This document shows positions 49,640-61,109 of a DNA stretch of 64,000 nt, piece after piece. Location of the stretch: NCBI RefSeq assembly GCF_001194135.2, contig NC_068982.1, forward strand, positions 93,526,781 to 93,590,780. The letters are read 5' to 3'. The translations under genes and the position numbers were made by a program. The notes below the pieces were generated by a model that saw only the letters and a program-made list of their open reading frames with translations, was not told the origin of the DNA and did not search any database. Position 1 is the first letter of the stretch. Each line of letters opens with the position of its first letter. The DNA is from Octopus bimaculoides (taxonomy: Eukaryota).

Positions 49640-49870
49640 AGTTACAAGTGATGCTATCTGTGAGATTCTCAGCTTTTTTAGCTGCTATTTCTGAACTTCG
49701 GTATATGGTGAAGCAAATATTTTGCTGATCCCTTAATTATATTTATAAATATATGAACTTTTGAATAAGTTCTCCACCAATAATGGTGCTTTCATACCGA
49801 TGGACTTGGTAAAAATTATTAATTATTAATTGATTTATTAATTAATAAATTGATAATCCTTTACCCTTTT
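49640..49870 (+). repeat. ~230-bp segment duplicated at 57251-57490
   Basis: Near-identical AGTTACAAGTGATGCTATCTGTG...GATAATCCTTTACCCTTTTAATTTGTA; both copies lie next to N gaps. Confidence 0.8.
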
Positions 49871-49971
49871 AATTTGTAATAATTATATATATATATATAA
49901 GTATGCATATAAACATATACATGGGTGCATATACATATGTGCATATATATATATGTGTGTGTGTATGTGTA

Positions 49972-50308
49972 TATATGCTTTCGGTGTGAATAGTTTTGTT
50001 ATACAGCGCCGTATTTTACAATCCTGTAAATAATAATAATGGTATTTTTCATATAAGTTTAAAGCTTATGGCAATCAAAGTGCAATAGCTAAGGAGAATG
50101 GTCTTCTGATGGGGCATATAAGCCCTGGACAGAAAAAGAAGGCTTCTGTCGAGGGCTTATATGCCCCATTATTAGACTACTTTCCCCAGTCATTGCATGG
50201 TGATCGCCATAAGCTTTAGGCTCATATACAAATACCATTATTATTAAATTACAGGATTGTAAAATACGGTGCCATATAACAAAACCTTTTGCACCGAAAG
50301 CTTATATA
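49972..50308. repeat. ~340-bp foldback palindrome, with a third partial arm at 50365-50450
   Basis: ~160-bp arms around a 9-nt loop (50135-43); central ATGGGGCATATAAGCCCT / AGGGCTTATATGCCCCAT is perfect. Confidence 0.85.
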
Positions 50309-51702
50309 GAAAGTTTGTTTACATAAAAACAAATATGAACTAATAGAGTTCTCAAAGCCTTCTTATCTCTGTTGAGGGCTTATATGTCCTGTTATAAGAC
50401 TATCACCTTTAGTCATTGCACGGTGATTGCAATAACCTTTAAGATACCATTTTTACTATATATATATATATAAATACATATATGTAAGTATGCATATAAA
50501 CATACGTATATGCATGTGCATATATATATGTATACATATATATACACACAAATATAAATATATATATTTGTATATATATGAATATATATAAATATATGTA
50601 TATGTATGCATATACACATATATGTATGGATAAATGTATATATATGCTTATATATACATATATATGTATGCATATATATACATGTATGCTTATATATACA
50701 TATATATATGTATGCATATATATTTGTATATGCAAGCATATATATACGTATATATATGTATATACATGCATATATATACATATATATGTATGCATATATA
50801 TACACACATATATATATATATGTATATGTATACATATATATATATATATATGGATAGATATATATGCATATATATATATATATATANNNNNNNNNNNNNN
50901 NNNNNNNNNNNNNNNNNNNNNNNNNNNNNNNNNNNNNNNNNNNNNNNNNNNNNNNNNNNNNNNNNNNNNNNNNNNNNNNNNNNNNNAGGGATCATATATG
51001 TATGGGAGAATTTGTATATACATATGTGTATCTATGTATGTAGGTGTGGGTGGGTATATATATGTGTCTGCCCTCCTCACATATGGTAACAGTGACTGTT
51101 GACTCTTTTGGTTTGCATGTTCAGCCATCTATGTATGTGCATCTGAACACATATATAGGTACTCGTGTTTATGTTTTTGTATTCATGTATATCTGTATAT
51201 GGTAATGTATACATGCATATGCATGTATTATATATGAGTTTTTATGATTCTTTATGTTTTTTTATATGCTTTTTGTATGTTTTTTTTATATGCCTTTATA
51301 TTTTTATATTTTTATTTTTATATTTGTATTTGAATTTTACAAAATTCAATTCATGAATTTTGTAAATCTCTTAAGAGGCCTAGTGAATCATGCATGTACC
51401 CCCGTTGCATCATTTTCATCTACTAATTGTTCCAGCGTACTGGAGCTATATAAATAGAATGGGGCATGCCAACGCTAGGCTGAAACAGCTGTAAGATTTT
51501 GTCCCTTCTCCGATTGCTAGATGTCCTTTAAATTTGTAATCTTAATTGTTGATATGACATAGTATGTCATAAGTGTCTGTATATTGTCTTTATTGTCATT
51601 TTGGTTATAAAATAAACAGATTAATCAACAGAGTACAGTGTCAGCAAGTTGATGAGTACCTCATATTCCCCTCCATTTTCTTATTGCTATATATATATAT
51701 AT

Positions 51703-51790
51703 ATATATATATAGTCTTTTATTCTTTTATCTGTTTCAGTCATTTGACAGCGGCCATGTTGACGCACCGCCTTTAGTAGAGCAAATCGAC
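51703..51790 (-). mobile_element. 5'-truncated SINE tail (family B, CR1-type tail) joined to a CR1 fragment
   Basis: Reverse complement CTGGGGTCGATTTGCTCTACTAAAGGCGGTG...ATGGCCGCTGTCAAATGACTGAAAC matches 59039-59100. Confidence 0.75.
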
Positions 51791-52765
51791 CCCAGGTTCT
51801 GGGATTGTAATTCCCTGTGGACCAGTGTACCCTGTAAGTTTCATATTCAGTTTTTGACGCTGGTAGGGCTTGGAATTTTTGCGCGTTGAACTGCATATTA
51901 TTATCCTCAGCCCATCTGTAAATTGAGTCCAACTCCTGTTGCAGATGTGCAACATCGCTGGAGTTCTGTATTTTCTACGAGACTTTCGTATCGTCTGCGT
52001 AGCTAGCAAGGGTGGCTATCCGGGCAGTTGAGGGCATATCTGAGAGGACCACTATGAAAAGCAGTGGTCCCAAGATTGCCCTGTAGAACACCACTCAGTA
52101 TTTGCGTTTTCATAAAGGTGGCTCCATTGGCCACTACTGTCTGACTTCTATCTTTCAGAAAGTTTTCCAGCTATGTCGAGATCACGCTGTTTGTGGCATA
52201 TCATACCATGATCCACTTTGTGAAAAGTTTTTGCAAAATTAAGGTATATTACGTCCACATTTGAGTTGTTGAATAACTGCCTCAATACCCAGTCAAAATG
52301 TTGTAAGTGCTTGTTTAGGCAGCTCCTACCTGGTCGAAAGCTATGCTGGGTATTACTCATCAAGTTATTATCTTCAAGGAGTGTGATTAGTTTCCCTCTG
52401 ACTATCCGTTCCATGACTTTGCTCATGTGTGAAGTCAGAGAGATAGGCTTATAGTTTTTGGCATCTGCTCTGCTCCCCCCTTTATGGATTGGGCATATTA
52501 TTCCCTCCTTCAGCTTGCTTGGCAGTCTGCCATTTGCAAGAAAGCTCTGTAAGAGAATCTGGAAGGGTTTTGCCAGGGCATGCTTACACGATTTGAGGAG
52601 GATTGCTGGGAAACCATCAGGACCAGCAGATGTCTTTGTGTCCACTTCATCTATAGCTAGTAGTACATCTTCTTCGCTAATGTCGATGTATTCCATCGTA
52701 ACTGCCTCATTCACTTGTCTGTGTTCCAAAGGGGTGGTGAAAACACTTTTGAACTTGTCATTCAG
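51790..52765 (-). mobile_element. CR1-clade LINE RT fragment
   Basis: SAGPDGFPAILLK...IICPIHKGG...NYKPISLTSHMSKVMERIV...QHSFRPGRSC...DVIYLNFAKTFHKVDH; ASYADDTKV at ~51985-52010; QFNAQKFQ. Confidence 0.9.
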
Positions 52766-52837
52766 TACCTGACATATATACATATACATATACATCTACA
52801 TATACATATAGATACATATATATATATATATAGACAA

Positions 52838-52919
<82 letters not shown>

Positions 52920-53029
52920 GTACGTATGTATATACACACATACATTTATATATATATACATACATTTATAGATATATGTATACGTTCGTATATATACATA
53001 TACATTTATTTATATATATATATACATTT

Positions 53030-54520
53030 ATTTTAATATATAAAGCTGAAGTTGTGTGTCTGTGTGTAGCCTTTTTAAAAGTTTATAGAAATCCACATTT
53101 TCCAATTTTCCGTAAAAATTTTTACATCAATGGAATTTTCTCGATGTGAACTTTCCAGTGCAGTAATTAGATTTTTAAAATTCCGTTTACTTTGTGTGAT
53201 TTCAGGGAGATTTGGCTTTTGTTTCTAGCAACTTTTATATTTCTTCCATTCTATCTGTAACGGCGTTCTTACACATCAATCACGCGCTCAACATATAATA
53301 TAGAGAGAAAGAGTAAAAGAGGGAGAGAGAGAAAGAGTAAAAGAGGGAGAGAGAGAAAGAAAGTGATACATACAAAGTCATAGATTAACTTGGTTTAAAA
53401 CTATTTTTTCCTTCTATCTACCTTTTCACTCTTACTTCGTTCTTCTTCCTCTCTCCCATTTAATAGCTTTCTTCTATCCCTCTATTTCTAACTATCCACG
53501 TGACCTGGTCATCTGGGGCTTATCGCTATTTCCTACACACGCCAGCATCACTGTTCTTTCTTCCAAGGAATCTGGGGCTCTTAGCTTCCTTTTGCCGAAG
53601 TTGCAATGCTAATTTGTAACTAGATTGAATAAGGAATACCCCATTTCACTCGTTCATGTTTTCGTTACATTGTCTGTCTGCATGTTCAGTATTTTTTACA
53701 TATTTTTCATAACATAGAAACGTAAAAACACGCACAACCACACATATGTGATCTGTGACAACATACATATAAATACATACACACATCAACATTATAGATA
53801 CAAGATTTAGTGTGTGTATGTTTCTTATATAAACACGCGCACGCATTGCTATTTTATAACTGTCTTCCGTTCTCCCTTCCTCTCTCTTAATTGCTCCCAT
53901 TCTCTATTCCTTTCTCTCCCCTCCCCTCTCTCTCTTCCTCTCTCCCTCTTCTCTCTCTCTCTCTCCCTCTTCTCTCTCGCTCTCTCAAACGCACACACGC
54001 GCACGTACACACAAGCATTCACTACAATATAACTAGATCTTACCTTACTACATGTTTGTCAATGTTTTGTAAATATACAAACTACGGAGCTTATGTAGAC
54101 AGGACGATACATTGCAAATCAGTGAACTTCATTAGAAATGTGAAAACTACCCACCGTGCCATCTGTTATAATTTTTGCTGTTCTGTTTAATATATACATA
54201 GATTATGCCTCCAAAGAAGAGAGTTTGCTGGGGAAAGAAAGCAACTGGTTTAAAAAGACTGCAACAGACTGCAGCAATTCACCACATTCCAGAAGCTACT
54301 TTGAACATAATGCAAAATGGTGAATCAACATCTACTGCCCAATCTGATACAATTCTGGCAGAACTGTGTAGTAACAGATCGCCAGCAATTGCTTCATCAG
54401 AAATTGCCATCCTAGCTCCTGCAAAAAGGGATTACCCTGCCATGTATAATCAGGGCAGCGCAAAAAGTTGTTTTGCACAAGCATTTGTACAGCCAATTGG
54501 ACGGATAAAATTTACGTATG
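53030..54520 (+). mobile_element. Possible Helitron-like element with an ORF start, truncated by a gap
   Basis: Starts ATATATAAAGCTGAAGTTGTGTGTCTGTG, resembling non-autonomous Helitron 5' ends. An ORF beginning MPPKKR at 54205 stays open to the gap. No Rep/Hel motif is visible. Confidence 0.3.
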
Positions 54521-55332
54521 NNNNNNNNNNNNNNNNNNNNNNNNNNNNNNNNNNNNNNNNNNNNNNNNNNNNNNNNNNNNNNNNNNNNNNNNNNNNNNNN
54601 NNNNNNNNNNNNNNNNNNNNNNNNNNNNNNNNNNNNNNNNNNNNNNNNNNNNNNNNNNNNNNNNNNNNNNNNNNNNNNNNNNNNNNNNNNNNNNNNNNNN
54701 NNNNNNNNNNNNNNNNNNNNNNNNNNNNNNNNNNNNNNNNNNNNNNNNNNNNNNNNNNNNNNNNNNNNNNNNNNNNNNNNNNNNNNNNNNNNNNNNNNNN
54801 NNNNNNNNNNNNNNNNNNNNNNNNNNNNNNNNNNNNNNNNNNNNNNNNNNNNNNNNNNNNNNNNNNNNNNNNNNNNNNNNNNNNNNNNNNNNNNNNNNNN
54901 NNNNNNNNNNNNNNNNNNNNNNNNNNNNNNNNNNNNNNNNNNNNNNNNNNNNNNNNNNNNNNNNNNNNNNNNNNNNNNNNNNNNNNNNNNNNNNNNNNNN
55001 NNNNNNNNNNNNNNNNNNNNNNNNNNNNNNNNNNNNNNNNNNNNNNNNNNNNNNNNNNNNNNNNNNNNNNNNNNNNNNNNNNNNNNNNNNNNNNNNNNNN
55101 NNNNNNNNNNNNNNNNNNNNNNNNNNNNNNNNNNNNNNNNNNNNNNNNNNNNNNNNNNNNNNNNNNNNNNNNNNNNNNNNNNNNNNNNNNNNNNNNNNNN
55201 NNNNNNNNNNNNNNNNNNNNNNNNNNNNNNNNNNNNNNNNNNNNNNNNNNNNNNNNNNNNNNNNNNNNNNNNNNNNNNNNNNNNNNNNNNNNNNNNNNNN
55301 NNNNNNNNNNNNNNNNNNNNNNNNNNNNNNNN

Positions 55333-55409
<77 letters not shown>

Positions 55410-58400
55410 TACATTTATACATGTATATATACATTTATATATACATATACATTTATATATATATAAATATATATATACATTTATATACATATATATACAC
55501 ATTTATATGTATATATATTCATATATATATACATATATATTTATATATATATATTATATATATTTATACATCTTCATATATACATATATGCACACACATG
55601 TATGTGTGTATGCACATGTATATATACTATATATATATGTGCGTGTGTATGTGTATGTGTACGTGTATGTGGGTGTGTGTATGTATATGTATATATTTGT
55701 GTGTCTATTAATGTATATATATATATATGTACATGTCTATATGTATATTCGGTTATATATAGTAATCCGAGTATGTTTGTATAGTCATAAGTTAGGACAT
55801 ACATATGAGTATATAAATATGTGCTCATACCTGTACAGGTATATAAGATAAAATAGATAGGATTCAATAGATTCGTTGTAGATATCTTCACACATAAAAT
55901 AAAAAATAAAAGATGAATATACACATGTATAGATATATGAAGTTCAAGATGTAGATTTGGACTGGGTTGGCTATGTATATATATACTGGAGTTAACGCGT
56001 TAATATAGGTCTAGAAATACATATCTGATTAGTACTCTAATTGGAGTATTTGTGGATCTATGGATATACTTACGTTGTCATGTAAGTGAACATATACATG
56101 TAATTATGCGTGTGTATGCATATGTGAGGAGTTTTAATGTATAGGTAAAGACAAGTATGGTTGTTCATATAAAATGTTATACACACATAAATCATTGTGT
56201 TAATATATATCTGATTATAATTAGTATTAGAACACTTGGAAATCAGTAGATATACTTTGGAATCATACCTTTTTCTTTTATATATATATATATATATATA
56301 CATATATATATNNNNNNNNNNNNNNNNNNNNNNNNNNNNNNNNNNNNNNNNNNNNNNNNNNNNNNNNNNNNNNNNNNNNNNNNNNNNNNNNNNNNNNNNN
56401 NNNNNNNNNNNNNNNNNNNNNNNNNNNNNNNNNNNNNNNNNNNNNNNNNNNNNNNNNNNNNNNNNNNNNNNNNNNNNNNNNNNNNNNNNNNNNNNNNNNN
56501 NNNNNNNNNNNNNNNNNNNNNNNNNNNNNNNNNNNNNNNNNNNNNNNNNNNNNNNNNNNNNNNNNNNNNNNNNNNNNNNNNNNNNNNNNNNNNNNNNNNN
56601 NNNNNNNNNNNNNNNNNNNNNNNNNNNNNNNNNNNNNNNNNNNNNNNNNNNNNNNNNNNNNNNNNNNNNNNNNNNNNNNNNNNNNNNNNNNNNNNNNNNN
56701 NNNNNNNNNNNNNNNNNNNNNNNNNNNNNNNNNNNNNNNNNNNNNNNNNNNNNNNNNNNNNNNNNNNNNNNNNNNNNNNNNNNNNNNNNNNNNNNNNNNN
56801 NNNNNNNNNNNNNNNNNNNNNNNNNNNNNNNNNNNNNNNNNNNNNNNNNNNNNNNNNNNNNNNNNNNNNNNNNNNNNNNNNNNNNNNNNNNNNNNNNNNN
56901 NNNNNNNNNNNNNNNNNNNNNNNNNNNNNNNNNNNNNNNNNNNNNNNNNNNNNNNNNNNNNNNNNNNNNNNNNNNNNNNNNNNNNNNNNNNNNNNNNNNN
57001 NNNNNNNNNNNNNNNNNNNNNNNNNNNNNNNNNNNNNNNNNNNNNNNNNNNNNNNNNNNNNNNNNNNNNNNNNNNNNNNNNNNNNNNNNNNNNNNNNNNN
57101 NNNNNNNNNNNNNNNNNNNNNNNNNNNNNNNNNNNNNNNNNNNNNNNNNNNNNNNNNNNNNNNNNNNNNNNNNNNNNNNNNNNNNNNNNNNNNNNNNNNN
57201 NNNNNNNNNNNNNNNNNNNNNNNNNNNNNNNNNNNNNNNNNNNNNNNNNNAGTTACAAGTGATGCTATCTGTGGGATTCTCAGCTTTTTTAGCTGCTATT
57301 TCTGAACTTCGGTATATGGTGAAGCAAATATTTGCTGATCCCTTAATTATATTTATAAATATATATGAGCTTTTAAATAAGTTCTCCACCAATAATGGTG
57401 CTTTCATACCGATGGGCTTGGTAAAAATTATTAATTGTTAATTGGTTTATTAATTAATAAATTGATAATCCTTTACCCTTTTAATTTGTATATATATATA
57501 TATATATATGCATACCTATAATTTATTTAATCTAAATTATATTAGAAAGGGTTGGAACAAGAGTATGAACAGATATAGAAACCAACACCCCACCATTATG
57601 CTATACAAATGCTATATTTTCCCACACTCATAATGATGATAATAATAAAATATACATAAACATGGTTTAAACAATGGCATTGATAACCCCTCTATTAATA
57701 TACCTTAAACAAATACACATAGATTAGCTCATCTTTAGTAATAAAACTAAATAATTAAATTAAAACCCACAAATATGCAATGTAATAACATTATTTAGTA
57801 CTATCCCCAAGACTGAATCATAATTTTATTTGTGCATATATATATGTGTGCGTATGTATACTTGTGTATGTGCGTATATTTCTAGGAATGAAAGCATTAA
57901 TATACAACCCCAATACACAACCAATTGATTGATTAATTATTAAATTCATTTATTGAATAATCAATCAATTGATTGATTAGCTAATTGGTTGATTAGTTTA
58001 ACTATCTGATAGTTTAAGCATTTTATTATTTAATTTCTAGCAGTGAATCAAAGAGTTATTCCCCTTCAACTAACCAAAATATAAAAAACATCATGAAAAA
58101 ACTGGCGCAACATAAACATCCTACCATTAGCTCCTCCCTGCCGCCACTCAAATAAAACACTAAAATTAAATAACTAAATAAATAGATGTTCTGAATGACT
58201 GATTAGATGATTAATTGAACAACCCAACACTATTGCATAGCACCTTGCACTTAATGTATTGTATCTGATGCAATATAATGTAAACATATTTTTAACGATG
58301 AATAATAACAACTTGGAAAAATAACTTCTTTGGTCCCTTCTAATCGCTTATTAAAACTTGGTACTTATAATTTCCGACATAGAATTTCCTCTTGTATTGC

Positions 58401-58454
58401 CCATATATTTTGGTAAATGCACATTTAATCCCCCTAATTAGACGGATACACGTA

Positions 58455-58530
58455 TAACCCTAATCCTAAAACCGTAACCCTGACCCTAATTCTAAAACCC
58501 GAACCCTGACCCTAAAACCCTAAAGCTAAA
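58455..58530. repeat. Degenerate (TAACCC)-like tract
   Basis: TAACCCTAATCCTAAAACCGTAACCCTGACCCTAATTCTAAAACCCGAACCCTGACCCTAAAACCCT. Confidence 0.75.
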
Positions 58531-58775
58531 ACCAGTACAAACGCAAGAACGATGTCATAAATAACAGTACCGCCGATAGTTGTTGTTGACAAACAACGGC
58601 ACTAATTTTGTTCAAGGGAAAAGATCCCATTACACCACCACAACGTGTTGTTCACAAACCACAGCAGTAATTGTTTTCACCTCAATAGACGTCAGTGATT
58701 GGTTGAAATTACCGAAATACGGCAACTTTTAACATGAAATAACTTCGAATATAAAAATTTTTCTCTGTTCTATAA

Positions 58776-59118
58776 GACAAAATATACCACATGGTTCCGG
58801 GTTCATTCCCACTGCGTGGCATCTTGGGCAAGTGTCTTCTACTATAGCCTCGGGCCGACCAAAGCCTTGTGAGTGGATTTGGTAGACGGAAACTGAAAGA
58901 AGCCTGTCGTATATATGTATATATGTTTGTGTCTGTGTTTGTCCCCCAACATCGCTTGTCCCCCAACATCGTCCCCGTAACTTAGCGGTTCGGCAAAAGA
59001 GACTGATAGAATAAGTACTAGGCTTCCGAAGAATAAGTCCTGGGGTCGATTTGCTCGACTAAAGGCGGTGCTCCAGCATGGCCGCAGTCAAATGACTGAA
59101 ATAAGTAAAAGAGAAAAG
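58776..59118 (+). mobile_element. Family B SINE with CR1-type tail, young
   Basis: GGTTCCGGGTTCATTCCC (B-box-like), CTTGGGCAAGTGTCTTCTACTATAGCCTCGGGCCGACC core, tail AAGGCGGTGCTCCAGCATGGCCGCAGTCAAATGACTGAAA. Confidence 0.85.
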
Positions 59119-59190
59119 TATACAAAGTTTTAAAGTGTTTCGGTAGTAAACNNNNNNNNNNNNNNNNNNNNNNNNNNNNNNNNNNNNNNN

Positions 59191-59228
<38 letters not shown>

Positions 59229-59248
59229 CAAACAAATATATATACACA

Positions 59249-60663
59249 CACAGACACGACAGAAGTAAATAGACACCTCATAAAACATTGTTTTATCATT
59301 ATTTTAAATTAGAAAGGTTTATATTTTTTTTTATTGACATTTTTGTTTCAGGTTCTATATGTAACTGTTTAATCATGCCATATACAAAAGAAACCTTGGA
59401 ACTGTCTGAATTTCAAAGAGGCAGTATTGTGGGTCAATCTGAATGTGAACTTAGCATAAAATCGCAGAAAACCTTGGGATCCCACTTTCTACAGTTAATA
59501 GAATGATTGTACAATTCACTGGAGAGGGGAAGGAATACACATCATCTCACCTAGGTCGACCAGGGTCCTCTGACAGGTCCCTTCACTTTGTTAAGTGAAG
59601 TGTGGAGGATAATCCTTGTTACAAGGCCTCTAACATAGCAGAACAAGTTGATGTCAGTTCCAGAACAGCTGCCAGGTATCTCCACAAACTTGGCTACTAT
59701 GGCAGAGCAGCAAGAAGGAAGCCACTTCTTTGACCAGCAAATATCAAGTAGAGAAAAGATTGGGCCAGTGAGATGGTAGAGAGGCCACTAGCAATTTGGG
59801 ACACTGTCATATTCTCTCATGAGTCCATCATCATCATCATCATCATCGTTTAACGTCCGCTTTCCATGCTAGCATGGGTTGGACGATTTGACTGAGGACT
59901 GGTGAAACCGGATGGCAACACCAGGCTCCAATCTAATTTGGCAGAGTTTCTACAGCTGGATGCGCTTCCTAACGCCAACCACTCAGAGAGTTGGGTGCTG
60001 TATTTTGTAACAGTGGTCGAGTGTGCATCTGGAGACTCTGTGATCAAGAATTTGATGTGAAAAGATTGTAGCCAACAATGAAACATGGTGGCTATGCTGT
60101 GATGGTCTGGGGAGCAATTTGGAACAATAGTCGATCAGAGATGGTGGAGAGTGTGGAAAGGGAGAGAAACAAACTCAGATAAACATATCCATATTGCAGA
60201 AAGGACTCCTTCCAATCTTCTCCAGGGGTGAAATGATTAAAGATCACTATTTATAGAAGATAGGGCTCCTTGTCACACAGCTAAAAAGACCTAAGATTGG
60301 TTGGAAGAGAATGGCATTAAAAAGCTTCCATGACCAAGTCAGTCACCAGATATAAACCCTATTGAACATCTCTAGGGCATAATGGGCAGGACACTTCATA
60401 AAGTGAACAAGAAAGCATCTACAAAGCCAGATCTTGTGAGATTACTGCATTGAAGCTTGGCAAGAAATTCCTCAAGATAATATTCATCATTTGATCAGTA
60501 GCATGCCTAATAGGGTCCTTGCATTGAAAAATGCAAAGGGCATGTTTACTAAATATTAGATATTCACATTATAGTAATTAATAAATAGCTTCAATGTATA
60601 ATTTCAGGTTTAAATAAATTTTAACGATTATAAAGATGTCTATTTACTTTTGTTATGTTTGTG
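59249..60663 (+). mobile_element. Tc1-family transposon, decayed, with an insertion
   Basis: Imperfect TIRs (ACAGAAGTAAATAGACAC / GTCTATTTACTTTTGT). Transposase remnants [61 protein letters not shown]. Confidence 0.88.
59826..59991 (-). mobile_element. RTE/SINE 3' tail inserted in the Tc1
   Basis: (CAT)n CGTTTAACGTCCGCTTTCCATGCTAGC...; reverse complement of the RTE tail. Confidence 0.9.
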
Positions 60664-60665
60664 TA

Positions 60666-60925
60666 CATGTGTATGTATCTTACTTTGTAACTTGACATGA
60701 AGTTATGACTAAATGAGCATCATCGCTATACAAGCAAGGTTGTTCATTTCTCATCTATAAAAAACATACCTGGCAAAGGGGCAAATATTACATTCCTTGG
60801 AAACAGGTGAGGGTTTGTGGCAGGAAGGACATCCAGTTGTAGAAAATTTGCCTCAGCAAATTCCATTTGACTCATGCAAACATGGAAAAGTGGATGTTGA
60901 AACAACCATGATCATGATCATGATC
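60666..60925 (+). mobile_element. Family B SINE 3' half with RTE tail; an opposite-strand tail follows at 60925-60970
   Basis: Collinear with 19730-19975. Confidence 0.65.
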
Positions 60926-61109
60926 ATCATCGTTTAACATCCGCTTTCCATGCTAGCATGGGTTGGACGATGATGATAATGACTATTTCTATAAAAAAGA
61001 GAATCTAGTATTTCATCATAATACTCTAAAAAAAAAAAAATTTGTAACATATTGTCTTCTTCAATTGCTTGTTTCTATTTTTATTTTTCATTAGGTTGAA
61101 TTTTAAAAT

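Noticed and set aside
50106-50131. CTGATG-GGGC-atataa-GCCC as a hammerhead core
   Set aside because: Lacks A9 and GAAA, and the other two arm copies do not restore them.
51355-51620. Possible solo LTR (TATA-like at ~51447, AATAAA at ~51610)
   Set aside because: No TG...CA termini or TSD identified; such motifs are common in AT-rich DNA.
2578-57441. Long ORFs made largely of X, and [16 protein letters not shown] ORFs
   Set aside because: Artefacts of N gaps and di- or trinucleotide microsatellites.
58455-58530. Interstitial telomere or chromosome-fusion site
   Set aside because: Short, highly degenerate, single orientation, and contiguous with an interspersed repeat.
256-59118. tRNA genes
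   Set aside because: A/B-box-like motifs belong to SINE heads; no complete cloverleaf was seen.
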